Assembly: GCF_030028105.1 (NCBI RefSeq)
Contig: NC_092394.1
Span: 21,429,939-21,493,938 of the forward strand
From: Mobula birostris
Lineage: Eukaryota
Length of the DNA: 64,000 nt
Reading direction: 5' to 3'
Positions 1-12,186 of this stretch are shown here, one piece after another; the first letter of the stretch is position 1, and each line of letters starts with the position of its first letter. The notes beneath the pieces were generated by a model. That model was not told where the DNA came from and searched no databases. It worked only from the letters and a program-made list of their open reading frames with translations. The position numbers and the translations under genes were made by a program.

Positions 1-669
1 CCAGTCTCCTCTTTATTCCTCTCCATTCCTCTCCACAGGTGCTGCTGACCTGCTGGGTCCCTTCAGTATTTTGTGTGTGGTGCTCCCACCCTGCTGTTGG
101 CCAGCCTGTAGGTATGTCGCATATCCGTAGCAAGGGGAGCGAGCAGACTTGTCGGCAGGTTGATTGTCTGATAAACTCCATTTTCATGGTTGTAACTACA
201 CACTGGAATGTAAAGAAAAGGTGAAAAGAAAATACTGCTGTTTTAATCCGCTCACGATGTTTCTTTTGGTTCCATGCTCCCCTATATCACGGGAGGAATA
301 CAGTAGCGAGGCTGTGTTGCTCACAGATCAATTTCATCCATACTAACTTTGCCTGTAACCCAACACATACCTTTGTCAATCTTTCCTGAACACCATACAT
401 CCAGGTATATTTAGTAATCAAGGACGTCCATTGTTTTAGCCAGCATCCCAATCTCACATGGTCAGTTCACCCACAGCTCATCAACTTTGTTATAAATTTC
501 ATGCTTTCATTCATTAATGCATATTGGGATGGAAGTTGCAAATTTGGAAAATGATACTCAGGATGGGTACAGTTTCTAACCATGTGCACTACTGAGGAGG
601 GATTGAACACGTAGGGTGGTGATAGAGAAGCCAATTAAAATGTAATTTGATTTAGATAATAGCAAGTTC

Positions 670-1250
670 TCAAAGTTCAAAATGTTCAAAGTAAATTTAT
701 TATCAAATAACGTACTTGCCACCAAGTACTACCCTGTGATTCACAGGAGAACAAAGAAATGCTACACACAAAGACTGACAAGCAACCAATATGCAAAAGA
801 AGAGGAAGTGGGAAAATACCAAAAAAAATCATAATAAATAATACTGAGAACGTGAATTGTAGACTCTCTGAAAGTAAGTCCATAGGTTGTGAAATCAGTT
901 CAGTGAGGTGAGTGAAGTTATCCATATTGGTTCAGGAGCCCGATGGTTGAAGGGTAATAACAGTTCCTGAACCTGGTGGTGTGGGACATAAAGCTCCTGT
1001 ACCTCCTTTCCGATGGCAGCAGTGAGAAGGGAGCCTAGCCTGCATGGTGGGGGTCCTTGATGACAGATTCTGCTTTCTTCTGCAGCACTCCTTGTAGATG
1101 TGCTTAATGGTGGGGAGAGCATTTCCTGTGATGGACTGGGCTCTATCCATTACTTTTTATTAGGAAGTTTTAAGTATTGTTGGAGCTGCAATCATCCAGC
1201 TAACTGAAGAGTATTCCGTTAAAATCCTGACTTGAGCTGTGTATAAAGTA
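670..1250 (-). mobile_element. Rex1/Babar-type LINE 3' fragment
   Basis: Tail aaagttcaaagtaaatttattatc; ORF 932..1150 RAQSITGNALPTIKHIYKECC resembles the Rex1 RT C-terminus. Confidence 0.7.
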
Positions 1251-1404
1251 GAAGGGCTTTAGTGAGCTATTTGCTGCAGGTTACCATTCTCTGATATGCT
1301 CTTGTAGCCAAGGAATTCATGTGATTGGTTCAGTAAGGCTTCTCATCAGGGTACTGATAGGAGAAGACCTGGTGATACTAAAGCAGTTATATTTTAAGTG
1401 TAGG

Positions 1405-2015
1405 AAGTGAAACTTATTTACTAACGGTGAGGCTTTATAAGGCATCTGTCAAACTACACTTGAAGTATAATGAGCAGTTTTGTACCTGCTATGTAAGAAA
1501 GTATATGCTAGTTGGCATTGGAGAAGGTCAAGAGGAGGTTCTTGAGAACAATCTTTGGAATGAAAGGGTTAACATAGGAGTATTTGATGGTTCTGGGCCT
1601 GAACTTGGCTGGAGTTTAGAAGAATGTTGGAGCAGGGGGAAGATATCTCACTGAAACCTATATTGAAAGGGCTAAATATGGAGATGTTTCCAATAGTGGG
1701 AAATTCTAGTTCCAGAGGGCACAGTCTCACAACACAAGGATGTCGCTTTAGAACAGAATTGAGGAGGAATTTCTTTAGCCAGATTGTGGTGCATCTGTGG
1801 AATTCATTGGCATAGACAGCTGTTAAAGCTAAATTATTGGGTATGTTTAAAGCAGAGGTTAATTGGTACCTGATCAGTAAAAGCGTCAAAGGTTACGGGG
1901 AGAAGGCAGGAGAAAGGGGTTGAGAGGGACAATAAATCAGACATGATAGAATGGCGTGCAGACATGAAGGGTCATATAGCCCAACTCTTCTCCATGTCAT
2001 ATGTCTTATGGTTAT
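1405..2015 (+). mobile_element. CR1 LINE 3' fragment
   Basis: RLYKASVKLHLKY and SRGHSL...RRNFFSQIVVHLWNSL motifs; tail tcttatggttatg. Confidence 0.8.
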
Positions 2016-2584
2016 GTTATACTAAGATAAGGAATGCCTGCCATTCCATATCTAGAACGCATTTTGGTAAACTTAATCACCTGCTGTCTTTCTCCTACCT
2101 GCATATAGGCAGAGGATAAAGAGCACAGCTCCAGAGATTAGGACAACAAAGAGGATGCAGAGGAGCTGCTATGGGAGTACTTGGAGTTGGTGGACTGGGC
2201 CATGTTCAAGGTCTCATCTGTGGATCAGAATGAATACACCATGGTTGTCACAGACTTTATTGAAACAGTTGTAGATGAGTGTGTCCCCACACATTCATTC
2301 AGCGTCTTCCCCTACCAGAAACCATGGATCAACAATCTGCTGGCGGCCATGTCAAAGACATTCAAGTCCACGAAACAAAGTTAAAACAGGTCCAGGTATA
2401 ATCTTTGCAAAGCCATCTCATGGGTGAAGTGGGAATTCCGGGCTGAACAGAGGATGCTCAACAGTTGTGGCAGAACTTGAATGCTAGCACCTCTTACAAA
2501 GTTAAATCCAGCAACATAGGCAACAGCAGGGTTTTACTTCCAGATGAGCTCAATGCCTTATATACTCACTTTGACGATTAAGGA

Positions 2585-4497
2585 TGACAGGAATGAAGGT
2601 AGGACTGAAAGGATGACAGGAGTGAAGATAGAGATAAAGGTGGGAAGATGTGCCTGGAGGCTGTGGAAGTGAGTGAGGTCCTCAATGAATACTTCTCTTC
2701 GGTATTCACCAATGAGAGGGAACTTGATGACGGTGAGGACAATATGAGTGAGGTTGATGTTCTGGAGCACGTTGATATTAAGGGAGAGGAGGTGTTGGAG
2801 TTGTTAAAATACATTAGGACGGATGAGTCCCCGGGGCCTGACGAAATATTCCCCAGGCTGCTCCACGAGGCGAGGGAAGAGATTGCTGAGACTCTAGCTA
2901 GGATCTTTATCTCCTCATTTTCCACAGGAATGGTACCGGAGGATTGGAGGGCGGCGAATGTTTTCGCCTTGTTCAAAAAAGGTAGTAGGGATAGTCCAGG
3001 TAATTATAGACCAGTGAGCTTTACGTCTGTGGTGGGAAAGCTGTTGGAAAAGATTCTTAGAGATAGGATCTATGAGCATTTAGAGAATCATGGTCTGATC
3101 AGGGACAGTCAACATGGCTTTGTGAAGGGCAGATCATGTCTAACAAGCTTGATAGAGTTCTCTTAGGAGGTGACCAGGCATATAGATGAGGATAGTACAG
3201 TGGATGTGACTACATGGATTTTAGGCATTCGACAAGATTCCGCATGGTAGACTTATTCAGAAAGTCAGAAGGCATGGGATTCAAGGAAGTTTGGCTAGGT
3301 GGATTCAGAATTGGCTTGCCTGCAGAAAGCAGAAGGTCGTGGTGGAGGGAGTACATTCGAATTGGAGGGTTGTGACTAGTGGTGTCCCACAAGGATAGGT
3401 TCAGGGACCTCTACTTTTCGTGATTTTTATTAACGACCTAGATGTTGGAGTAGAAGGGTGGGTTGGCAAGTTTGCAGACGACACAAGGGTTGTGGATAGT
3501 GTAAAGGATTGTCGAAGATTTCAGAGAGACATTGATAGGATGCAGAAGTGGGTTGAGAAGTGGCAGATGGAGTTCAACCCGGAGAAGTGTAAGGTGGTAC
3601 ACTTTGGAAGGACAAACTCCAAGGCAGAGTACAAAGTAAATGGCAGGATACTTAGTAGTGTGGAGGAGCAGAGGAATGTGTGGGTACATGTCCACAGATC
3701 CCTGGAAGTTGCCTCACAGGTAGATAGGGTAGTTAAGAAAGCTTATGGGGTGTTAACTTTCATAAGTCGAGGGATAGAGTTTAAGAGTCGCGACGTAATG
3801 ATACAGCTCTATAAGACTCTAGTTAGGCCACACTTGAGGTACTGTGTCCAGTTCTGGTTGACTCACTATAGGAAAGATGTGGAAGCTTTGGAAAGGGTAC
3901 AGAGGAGATTTACCAGGATACTGCCTGGTTTAGAGAGTATGGATTATGATCAGAAATTAAGGGAGCTAGGGCTTTACCCTCTGGAGAGGAGGAGGATGAG
4001 AGGAGACATGATAGAGGTATACGAGATATTAAGAGGAATAGATAGAGTGGACAGCCAGCGCCTCTTCCCCAGGGCACCACTGCTCAATACAAGAGGATGT
4101 GGTTTTAAGGTAAGAACAAGAACATAGAATAGTACAGCATATTACAGGCCCTTCAGCCCACAATGTTGTGCCGAGTCTCAAACCCTGCCTCCCATATAAC
4201 CCCCCCACCATAAATTCCTCCATATACCTGTCCAGTAGTCTCTTAAACTTCACGAGTGTATCTGCCTCCACCACTGACTCAGGCAGTGTATTCCACGCAC
4301 CAACCACTCTCTGAGTAAAAAACCTTCCTCTAATATCCCCCTTGAACTTCCCACCCCTTACCTTAAAGCCATGTCCTCTTGTATTGAGCAGTGGTGCCCT
4401 GGGGAAGAGGCGTTGGCTATCCACTCTATCTATTCCTCTTATTATCTCATATCCCGAAGGACCTATACTGTGCTGTGCTATTCTATGTTCTATGTTT
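2585..4497 (+). mobile_element. CR1 LINE ORF2 (reverse transcriptase), 5'-truncated, disrupted, with rearranged 3' end
   Basis: SPGPDEIFPRLL, NYRPVS, SQHGFVKGRSCLT, GVPQG, KFADDT, LERVQRRFTR motifs; premature TAG at 3164 and frameshifts; tail ttctatgttctatg. Confidence 0.92.
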
Positions 4498-5420
4498 TAA
4501 AACATGGAGGAACCATCAGAAACTCTCGCAGCCCCAAAATGATCCTGTGATTTCAGGATCTGAGATCAGCATGCCTTCTGGAGGGTGAACACCTGAAAAG
4601 CCACCGGTCCAGACAGGATACCTGGCTAAGTACTAAAGACCTGTGCTGATTAACTGGTCAGAGAATTCACCAAGTTCTTTAATCTTTTGCTTCGGCAGCC
4701 TGAGGTAGCACCTGCGTCAAGCAGACTACACTTATATCAGTATCCAAGAAGAACATAGTATCCTGTCTCAATGATTACTGTTCAGCAGCATAGTAATGAA
4801 GTTTTAAAAGGTTAGCAATGAAATATATCAACTCCTGCTTGAGAACCAACTTGAATTTGCCTACTGGCACAACAGGTCCAAAGTAGATGCCATTTCAGTG
4901 CCTCTTCACACAACCCTGGAACGCCTGTACAGCAAAGATGCACACGTTGGGATTTCTTTATTGACCATCTGCTCGGCATTGTCCCCTCAAAGATAATCAA
5001 TAAATCTCCAAACCTTAGCCTCCATACCTTCTTGTGTGATTGGATCCTCGATCTCCTCACTTGTAGACCCCAATCAGTTTGGATTGGCAACAACATCTCC
5101 TTCATGATCTCCATCTGCACAGGTGCACCTCAAGCCTGTGTGCTTAGACTCATTTTACACTTATGACTGAGTGGCTAAGCACAGCTTCAATGCTATATTC
5201 AAGTTTGGTGATGACACCACAGTCGAAGGCCGAATCAAATGTGCTGACTAATCAGCAAATACTAGGGAGATTGGAAGTCTGGCTGAATGGTGTCATAACA
5301 ACATCTTATTCAATGTCAGCAAGATCAAGGAGATAATTATTGACTTCAGGAGGAGGAAATCAGAGGTCCATGAGCCAGTCCTTATCGGAGGATCCGAGGT
5401 CAAGAAGGTCCTCTTTACTT

Positions 5421-5576
5421 AAACACAAAGTAATCTGCAGATGCTGGGGTCAAAGCAACACTCACAACAAGCTGGAGGAACTCAGCAGATCGGGCAGCAT
5501 CCGTGGAAAAGATCGGTCGATGTTTCGGGCCGGAACCCTTCGTCAGGACTGTAGAGGGAAGGGGCAGAGGCCCAAG
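5421..5576 (-). mobile_element. Penelope pseudo-LTR fragment with hammerhead motif (5516-5549), inserted in a Rex1 LINE
   Basis: Reverse complement GTC CTGACGA AGGGTTCCGGCCC GAAAC ATC GAC; direct repeat CCTCTTTACTT at 5410-20 and 5577-87. Confidence 0.75.
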
Positions 5577-7022
5577 CCTCTTTACTTCCTTTGGAGTTTG
5601 TGAAGTTTTGGCATGACATCTAAAACTTTGACAAATTTCTATCGATGGTGTGGTGGAGATTATATTGAGTATGGAAACATCATGTCTTTGAGTGGGAAAT
5701 CCTACAAAAAGTAGTGGATAAGGCCCAGTTCATCACAAGTAACACTCTCCCCACCATTGAGTACATCTAGACGAAACGTTGTTGCAGGAAAGCAGCATCC
5801 ATCATCAGTGACACCCACCATCCAGGCCATGCTCTCTTCTCACTGTTGCCATCAGAAAGAAGGTACAGGAGCCTCAGGACTCACACCACCAGGTTCAGGA
5901 ACAGTTATTACCCCTCAACCATCAGGCTCTTGAACCAGAGGGGATAACTTCACTCAACCTCACTTGCCCCATCATTGAGATGTTTCCACAGCCAATGGAC
6001 TTACTTTCAAGCACACTCCATATCATGTTCTCAATATTTATTGGTTATTTTTATTTATTATTCTTTCTTTCTTTTTGTATTTGCACAGATTGTTCTCTTT
6101 TGCACATTGGTTGAACACCCTAGTTAGTGCAATGTTTCACTGATCCTGTTATAGTTATTATTCTATTATGGATTTATTGAGTGTGTTCACAAGAAAGTGA
6201 ATCTCAGGTTTGTATGTACTATGATAATAATTTACCTTGAACTTTGAACTTAAATATAGTTTTCTCACACTGCTGAGCGATACCTAACTGTCATGTTCCA
6301 GGATAAATAAAACTGGCTTGTTCTCAGTAGATTATCACATAATTAATATATTAAATGCAATAGAAACTATGTATCTCAGAATACAGAGATGGCACAGTGG
6401 GGATATTTCATTTGTAAATCAGCTTGCCCTAATCCATTCATCATGTTGTTGTTGAGCTGTGTAATGTTCTAGAATCACAGAGGATATTGCTTGTTTCATT
6501 ACCTCCTGCAGTATATTCTCTAAATCATTATTTCTAATTTATGGCAGAGAAATTTAATTCACTGGCACAATCCTCCACTGCAAGTGGAGTATGAGGAGAA
6601 CAGGGTTCACTATTTTCCTTATACTTTGGTTCCTCCCACCCACCCCTTGGGGGACAGCATTTGGGAATGAAGGTCTGGGGTAGCACTTAAAATGAAATAG
6701 CATAAGCAAAAACTCCCGTTCAAACAAATCAGAGGTAAAGACAAGAACAGTGCCAGGAAGTTCTTTACACATAGGAATGGCCATCAAATGAGGTATTATT
6801 CCAGGAAAAGTAGTGGAAAATTAGATCTGGAAAGGTTGGAGGGAGGAAAATTCTAGGCTCATTCAAAGAGGTGACAAGATTCCTTTCTGATCTTGTGACG
6901 GTATTGTGACTATTCCGTTATTAAATCATTGAATGCCAGATACAAATAGCACCGTCATTTCCACAGAGGATTATGCAAAACTCCGTAGGAAGTTTCTCAA
7001 AAGGCTATTGGTGGATCTAGAT

Positions 7023-7102
7023 CAAAGTTTCCCAACCTGGGGTCCATGGGCCCCTTGCTTAATGGCATTGGCCCATGGCGTAAAAAAGGTTGGGAACCCC
7101 TG
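7023..7102. mobile_element. 80-bp hAT-type MITE with 8-bp TSD ATCTAGAT
   Basis: TIR-like ends caaagtttcccaacct / aggttgggaacccctg; TSD at 7015-22 and 7103-10. Confidence 0.85.
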
Positions 7103-7413
7103 ATCTAGATCAACACATTCTAAGCTTCATCAGAGAGCATTTTCATAACTGAAATTCAATGAATAATGAACACCAACTGTTTCTGTGCAAGACTAACTCA
7201 GAGTACAGATATCATACTCAAATGTTGATTCAGCTCTATTTTCCTACCCATAAATGCAAAGCTCAATGGATGCCCAGTTCAAACTTCTATTTTTATGAAT
7301 GCTGGCTTAAGTACGTATATGATTTTGGAGTAGGTTAAAAGGTCCGCACAGTTCGGGCTCTTCGGCTCACAATGTTGTGCTGACCTTTTAACCTACTCTT
7401 AGATCAGTATAAC

Positions 7414-7492
7414 CAGAGGTTCCCAAGCTGGGGTCCACAGACCCTTTGCTTAATGGTATTAGTCCACGGCGCAAAAATGGTTGTGAAACCTG
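7414..7492. mobile_element. Second copy of the 80-bp hAT MITE, inside a minus-strand CR1 tail (about 7350-7625)
   Basis: cagaggttcccaagctggggtccac...ttgcttaatggtatt...gaaacctg. Confidence 0.75.
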
Positions 7493-7835
7493 ATAACACC
7501 TATCCAGATAGATCTCCACTCTTTTTTATACATGTGTCTATCTAACAGTCTCTTAAATGTCCCTAACATACAGTATTGTCCTCTACCCTGGCAGGTGTTC
7601 TATGCACTTAACACTCTGAGTAAATAAACTACAATTTTGAATTTAATGATCTTGAATTATGGATTACGAAGCTGATGATTTGTCATGTCATTTCCTCTCC
7701 TCAGTTTATTAATCTTATTAATCACACAATAGAGAAAATGCAAGTTAAAATTATATTAGTGATCCAAGTAACTCTGCTATGCTGAGCTGTCTCTCATAGA
7801 GAGTCTGCTATTCAAACTAGAGAGATAAAAGAATC

Positions 7836-7928
7836 AACACACATCAAATTTGCAGGTGAACGCAGCAGGCCAGGCAGCATCTCTAGGAAGAGGCACAGTC
7901 GACGTTTCAGGCCGGGACCCTTCATCAG
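7836..7928 (-). mobile_element. Penelope pseudo-LTR fragment; hammerhead core with 5' stem I arm truncated
   Basis: Near-identical to the 30278 and 55929 arms; reverse complement CTGATGA AGGGTCCCGGCCT GAAAC GTC GAC; flanked by AGATAAAAG repeats. Confidence 0.75.
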
Positions 7929-7940
7929 ATAAAAGGATGG

Positions 7941-8300
7941 TGGGGGAACGGAGTCGTCGATGCTAAGGTTTTCTTTTCTCCCATTTTTTATGATGTTAAA
8001 ACAGCCCAGGTCTTTTTTTTTTAGTTTAGTTGATTAATTCTGTTTAGATTAGTTATTTTTTTGGGGGGGGTTATTATTATTTTTTCCTTTTTCGTGATTT
8101 TTGTTTAGATATTTTTTCTTTGTTCTATATTATTCATTGGTATCCTATATGATTGGGAGTTTTATCATTTAAATATTATTTGGCTTTATAATCACTCATG
8201 TTAATTGTAACAATGTATTCTCAATAACTTTGTACTACTACTATGTCATGTTTATATCTTTATAAAACTAATAAAACGATTGAAAAAGAAAGAAAAAAGA
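7941..8300 (+). mobile_element. Probable L1/Tx1-type LINE 3' UTR fragment
   Basis: T-rich body, AATAAA, A-rich tail; flanked by aaaaggatgg / aaacggatgg. Confidence 0.5.
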
Positions 8301-8559
8301 AACGGATGGAGAAAAGCCTGTAAATTCCAGCTTCACAGTTATATAAAAAAGTACTGGATGAGGCAGAGGAAATCTGTGAGTTTAGGCATTGGTATGGATG
8401 TTTAAACTGCAGTTACAATGACCGAATATCCCTTGCTAATTGCCATATAGTTCAAAACTTTACTCAAAAATCTCAATGTCAAGTAAATGGTGGCAATCTA
8501 CATTCAGTGTTGGCGAGAGTGGTGGAATATGCTTCATTCTAATCTTTATCATATAAAAT

Positions 8560-8775
8560 TGATGCATCTGTGGAACATGCTGCCAGGGGTGGTAATAAAG
8601 GTGAATATATTCGGGACATTTAAGAGATTCTTGGATAAACACATGGATGGTAGAAAAATGAAGGACTATGTGCAAGGGAGGGGTTGTACTGATTTTGGCA
8701 TAGTTTAAAAGTAGGCACAAAATTGTGGGCCGAAGGGCCTGTACTGTGCTGTAATGATCTATGTCCTATGTTTTA
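8560..8775 (+). mobile_element. CR1 3' end
   Basis: LWNMLPGVV..FKRFLDKHMD motif; gggccgaagggcctgtactgtgctgt tail. Confidence 0.8.
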
Positions 8776-9311
8776 AGGTTTAGGAAGGGAAAAATATTGC
8801 CTGTTAGCCTGCAACAAACATAACATCAATACCCTGGAGGAAAATTAAAAAAAGGAATTATTGAAAATTCTGTACATGTGAAAATAATCCTAGCCAAAAA
8901 AAAATGTATTCTTTATTACTTGAACAGAGCAATAAACCAGATCTCACTTTGGAGCATGCACAAATCATTACAAAAATAATCCTAGGGTTAGAACAAGCAT
9001 TGCTATATAATGTTTTAGGCGATGATATTAGAAAGGATGTGTCAGAATATCTGCGATCAGGTTACAGCAGATCAAAATACAACATTAATCATATTTGATG
9101 AGTTTCCATCTTTTTAAAACTTTCTGGTGATTCATCAACTCTCTGGGAATTGGCTGGAGGACCCTTTCTTCAGAATTTCTATAGTCTGGAGATGATGTTC
9201 CCATAATGGTTTGAGATAAGGAATTTCAGGATGCTAACTCAATAATAAACAAGAAAGGTATGTGAATTGGAAGGAACATTGGTGCGGAGTCTTTTTCCCA
9301 GGGTGGATAAA

Positions 9312-9520
9312 GGCATGGTAGCGTGGTAGTTAGCACAGTGCTTCAACGGTGCCAGTGACCTCGGTTCAATTCTGCTGCTGTCTGTAAGGAGTTTGTACGT
9401 TCTCTCTGTGACTGAGTCAGTTTCCTCCAGGTGCTCTGGTTTCCTCCCACATTCCAAAGACATAACGGATTAATAACTTAATGGGTCACATGGTTGTTAC
9501 CATGCTCTATCTCTAAATAG
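9312..9520 (+). mobile_element. tRNA-derived V-SINE (HE1-like) inserted in a CR1 fragment
   Basis: A/B-box head ggtagcgtggtagttagc..ggttcaattc; V-domain-like gtttcctccaggtgctctggtttcctcccacattccaaaga. Confidence 0.75.
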
Positions 9521-9769
9521 AAGTCATTAACTTAAGGTGAGAGGGAGGAACTTTAAAGGAGATTTACAAGACATGTTTTTTTTTACACACAGAGAGCAGT
9601 GGGTGTCCAGAATGGACTGTCAGGGGAAGCAGTGGAAGCAGGAATGGTAGTAATAGTAAAGGCATTGAGACAGACATGAATAGAGGCATCTGCAAGATGA
9701 TGGGATGAGTTAGATTGCAATCATACATTCTACAGACTTGTTCCTGTATTAGTGTTCCATGTTTTAAGT

Positions 9770-10410
9770 CAGTGGTCCCCAACCACCGGGCCGCGTAACG
9801 GTACTGGGCCGCAAAGCATGTGCTACCGGGCCGTGAGGAAATGATATGATTTGGCAATATGAAACAATATGAGTCAGCTGCACCCTTCTTCATTCCCTGT
9901 CACGCACTGTTGAACTTGAACATAGGGTTGCCAACTGTCCCGTATTAGCTGGGACATCCCATATGTTGGGCTAAATTGGTTTGTCCCATACTGGACCGCC
10001 CTTGTCCCGTATTTCCCCTGCTAAGGTAGAGCGTTCCTATGAAACCGTTCATAAGCCGAAGAAGCAATTACCATTAATTTATATGGGAAAAATTTTTGAG
10101 CGTTCCCAGACCAAAAAAAAACGTGCCAAATAACACATGAAACCTAAAATAACACTAACATATAGTAAAAGCAGGAATGATATGATAAACACACCACCTA
10201 TATAAAGTAGAAATAATGTATGTACAATGTAGTTTCACGTAACAGAATTGGGAAGATTAAGCCGATTTGTAGAGAAAAAAATGGGCATGTACACACATGC
10301 GCATGTCATGTACGCGCACGTCACGAATGTGCACACAGGTGCCCACGCAAGGTTTCATGGTCATGGTAGTCTTTCTCGGGGTAAACACAAGTGTCCCATA
10401 TTTGACTGCT
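9770..10410 (+). mobile_element. hAT-like non-autonomous DNA transposon fragments (nested)
   Basis: Starts cagtggtccccaacc; internal tagggttgccaactgtcccg terminus; CpG-richer than the flanks. Confidence 0.5.
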
Positions 10411-10414
10411 AATG

Positions 10415-10555
10415 TGGAGGAAGCCAGAACACTCGGAGGAAACTCACACTGTCATGCGGAGAACATACAAGCTCCTTACACACAGCAGCAGGAATTGAAC
10501 CTGGGTTGATGTCACTGTAATAGCATTACACTAACAGCTACACTACCGTTCCACC
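10415..10555 (-). mobile_element. HE1-like V-SINE fragment
   Basis: Reverse complement of the 9312/18199 SINE head and V-domain. Confidence 0.7.
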
Positions 10556-11515
10556 TCTTATTTTAAATTTTAGTTGAAATATTACCCTTGGTTTTAAAAT
10601 TCAGAAGGAAGTATTCATGGGAGATTATTAGCATTCCCTGTGATTAATCCAACAAGCCAGCCAGAAACATTTTTGGGATTTCTGTACACATTTTGGTGGG
10701 AAATCATTAAGTTACTGTCTGTGGTGCAGCATTCCACTGTTTGAAATCTCCAGTGGTACAGTCAAAGAAAACCACTGGAATTGATATGCTTTTAAACTAC
10801 AAACTATTCTGGTTGCAAAATAATCTGGAGGTTTTATGCTTTACTGAAAATTGTGATATTTTACGAGATAAAGTGCTATGTCACAAATGTTGCTTAGAAA
10901 CTGCCAGCTCTAAAAATGAATAATACTCATGTCATAGAGTCACACAGCACCAAAACAGCCCCTTCAGCCCATCAATTCAATGTTGGCCATCAGGTGCCAA
11001 TCCGCACTAATCCCATTTATTATCAGCACTTGATCTGTAATCTTCTATTCCTTGGTATTTCAAGTTGTGCTGTTTATTGAATATGTATTGCAGAGGGAAA
11101 AAAAATAAAACACGATCATTTGAAATTATTATTTTAAAGTAATGACTGGAGTTTGGATTTTGAAATCTGCAGTGACCATCATTGCTTTACAAGAGACGGT
11201 GAACTCTTAGTACATTAAACCTATGCCATACATACTCCAGGTAGTGTGCGCTGTTCATGAATATGGGTGAAGTGGAAGGAAATAAATCAACTGCTTTGAC
11301 TTAGAGCTTCTTAACACTTAGTGGAGTCGCAAATCCTGATAAAAGTCTTTTATTCATCATAGGCCAGCTTGAACTCTGTATTTAGTAAGGAGCCTTCAAA
11401 GGGGTTTGAGTGGTTAAGGAACTAAGGCACTCATCACTGAATGTCCATGTTGGACCTAACACTGCTGACAGTGTTCATACAAGAACTTAGAAGGGAAAGT
11501 AGAGATCTTGAACCA

Positions 11516-12115
11516 GAGAACCATAGAAGCTACAGCACAGAAACAGGCCTTTTGGCCCTTCCTGGCTGTGCCGAACCATTTTCTGCCTAGTCCCACTGAC
11601 CTGCACACGGACCATATCCCTCCATACACCTCCCATCCATGTATCTGTCCAATTTATTCTTAAATGTTAAAAAAGAACCCGCATTTACCACCTCGTGGCA
11701 ACTCATTCCATACTCCCACCACTCTCTGTGTGAAGAAGCCCCCCCTAATGTTCCCTTTAAACTTTTCCCCCCTCACCTTTAACCCATGTCCTCTGGTTTT
11801 TTTCTCCCCTTGCCTCAGTGGAAAAAGCCTGCTTGCATTCACTCTATCTTTTCCCATCATAATTTTATATACCTCTATCAAATCTCCCCTCATTCTTCTA
11901 CGCTCCAGGGAATAAAGTCCTAACCTATTCAACCTTTCTCTGTAACTGAGTTTCTCAAGTCCTGGCAACATCCTTGTAAACCTTCTCTGCACTCTTTCAA
12001 CCTTATTTATATCCTTCCTGTAATTTGGTGACCAAAACTGAACACAATACTCCAGATTCGGCCTCACCAATGCCTTATACAATCTCATCATAACATTCCA
12101 GCTCTTATACTCAAT
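11516..12115 (-). mobile_element. Young CR1 3' fragment
   Basis: ORF RLYKALVRPNLEYCVQFWSP..ERVQRRFTRMLPGL..FFTQRVVGVWNELP; tail ttctatggttct. Confidence 0.92.
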
Positions 12116-12186
12116 AGTACAAAATCCTGAAAAGGCTTGACAGGCTGGATGCAGGGAAGATTTCCTCCCTACTTGGGGCACACTAG

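Larger units (their letters stand above)
2050..6250 (+). mobile_element. Decayed Rex1/Babar-type LINE, interrupted by a CR1 (about 2585-4497) and a Penelope fragment
   Basis: VDWAMF..FPYQKPWIN and LPDELNA motifs before the CR1; PGPD-like and KFGDDTTV-like motifs after it; 3' tail ttgaactttgaact at ~6250. Confidence 0.75.

Noticed and set aside
90-187. Minus-strand MKMEFIRQSTCRQVCS resembling the coronin N-terminus (VVRQSKFRHVFG)
   Set aside because: Similarity is limited to a few residues, and the invariant KFRHVFG and WDS motifs are absent; cannot call CORO6.
2648-4127. RT ORFs as a possible domesticated gene or active LINE
   Set aside because: 5'-truncated, with a premature stop, frameshifts and a rearranged end.
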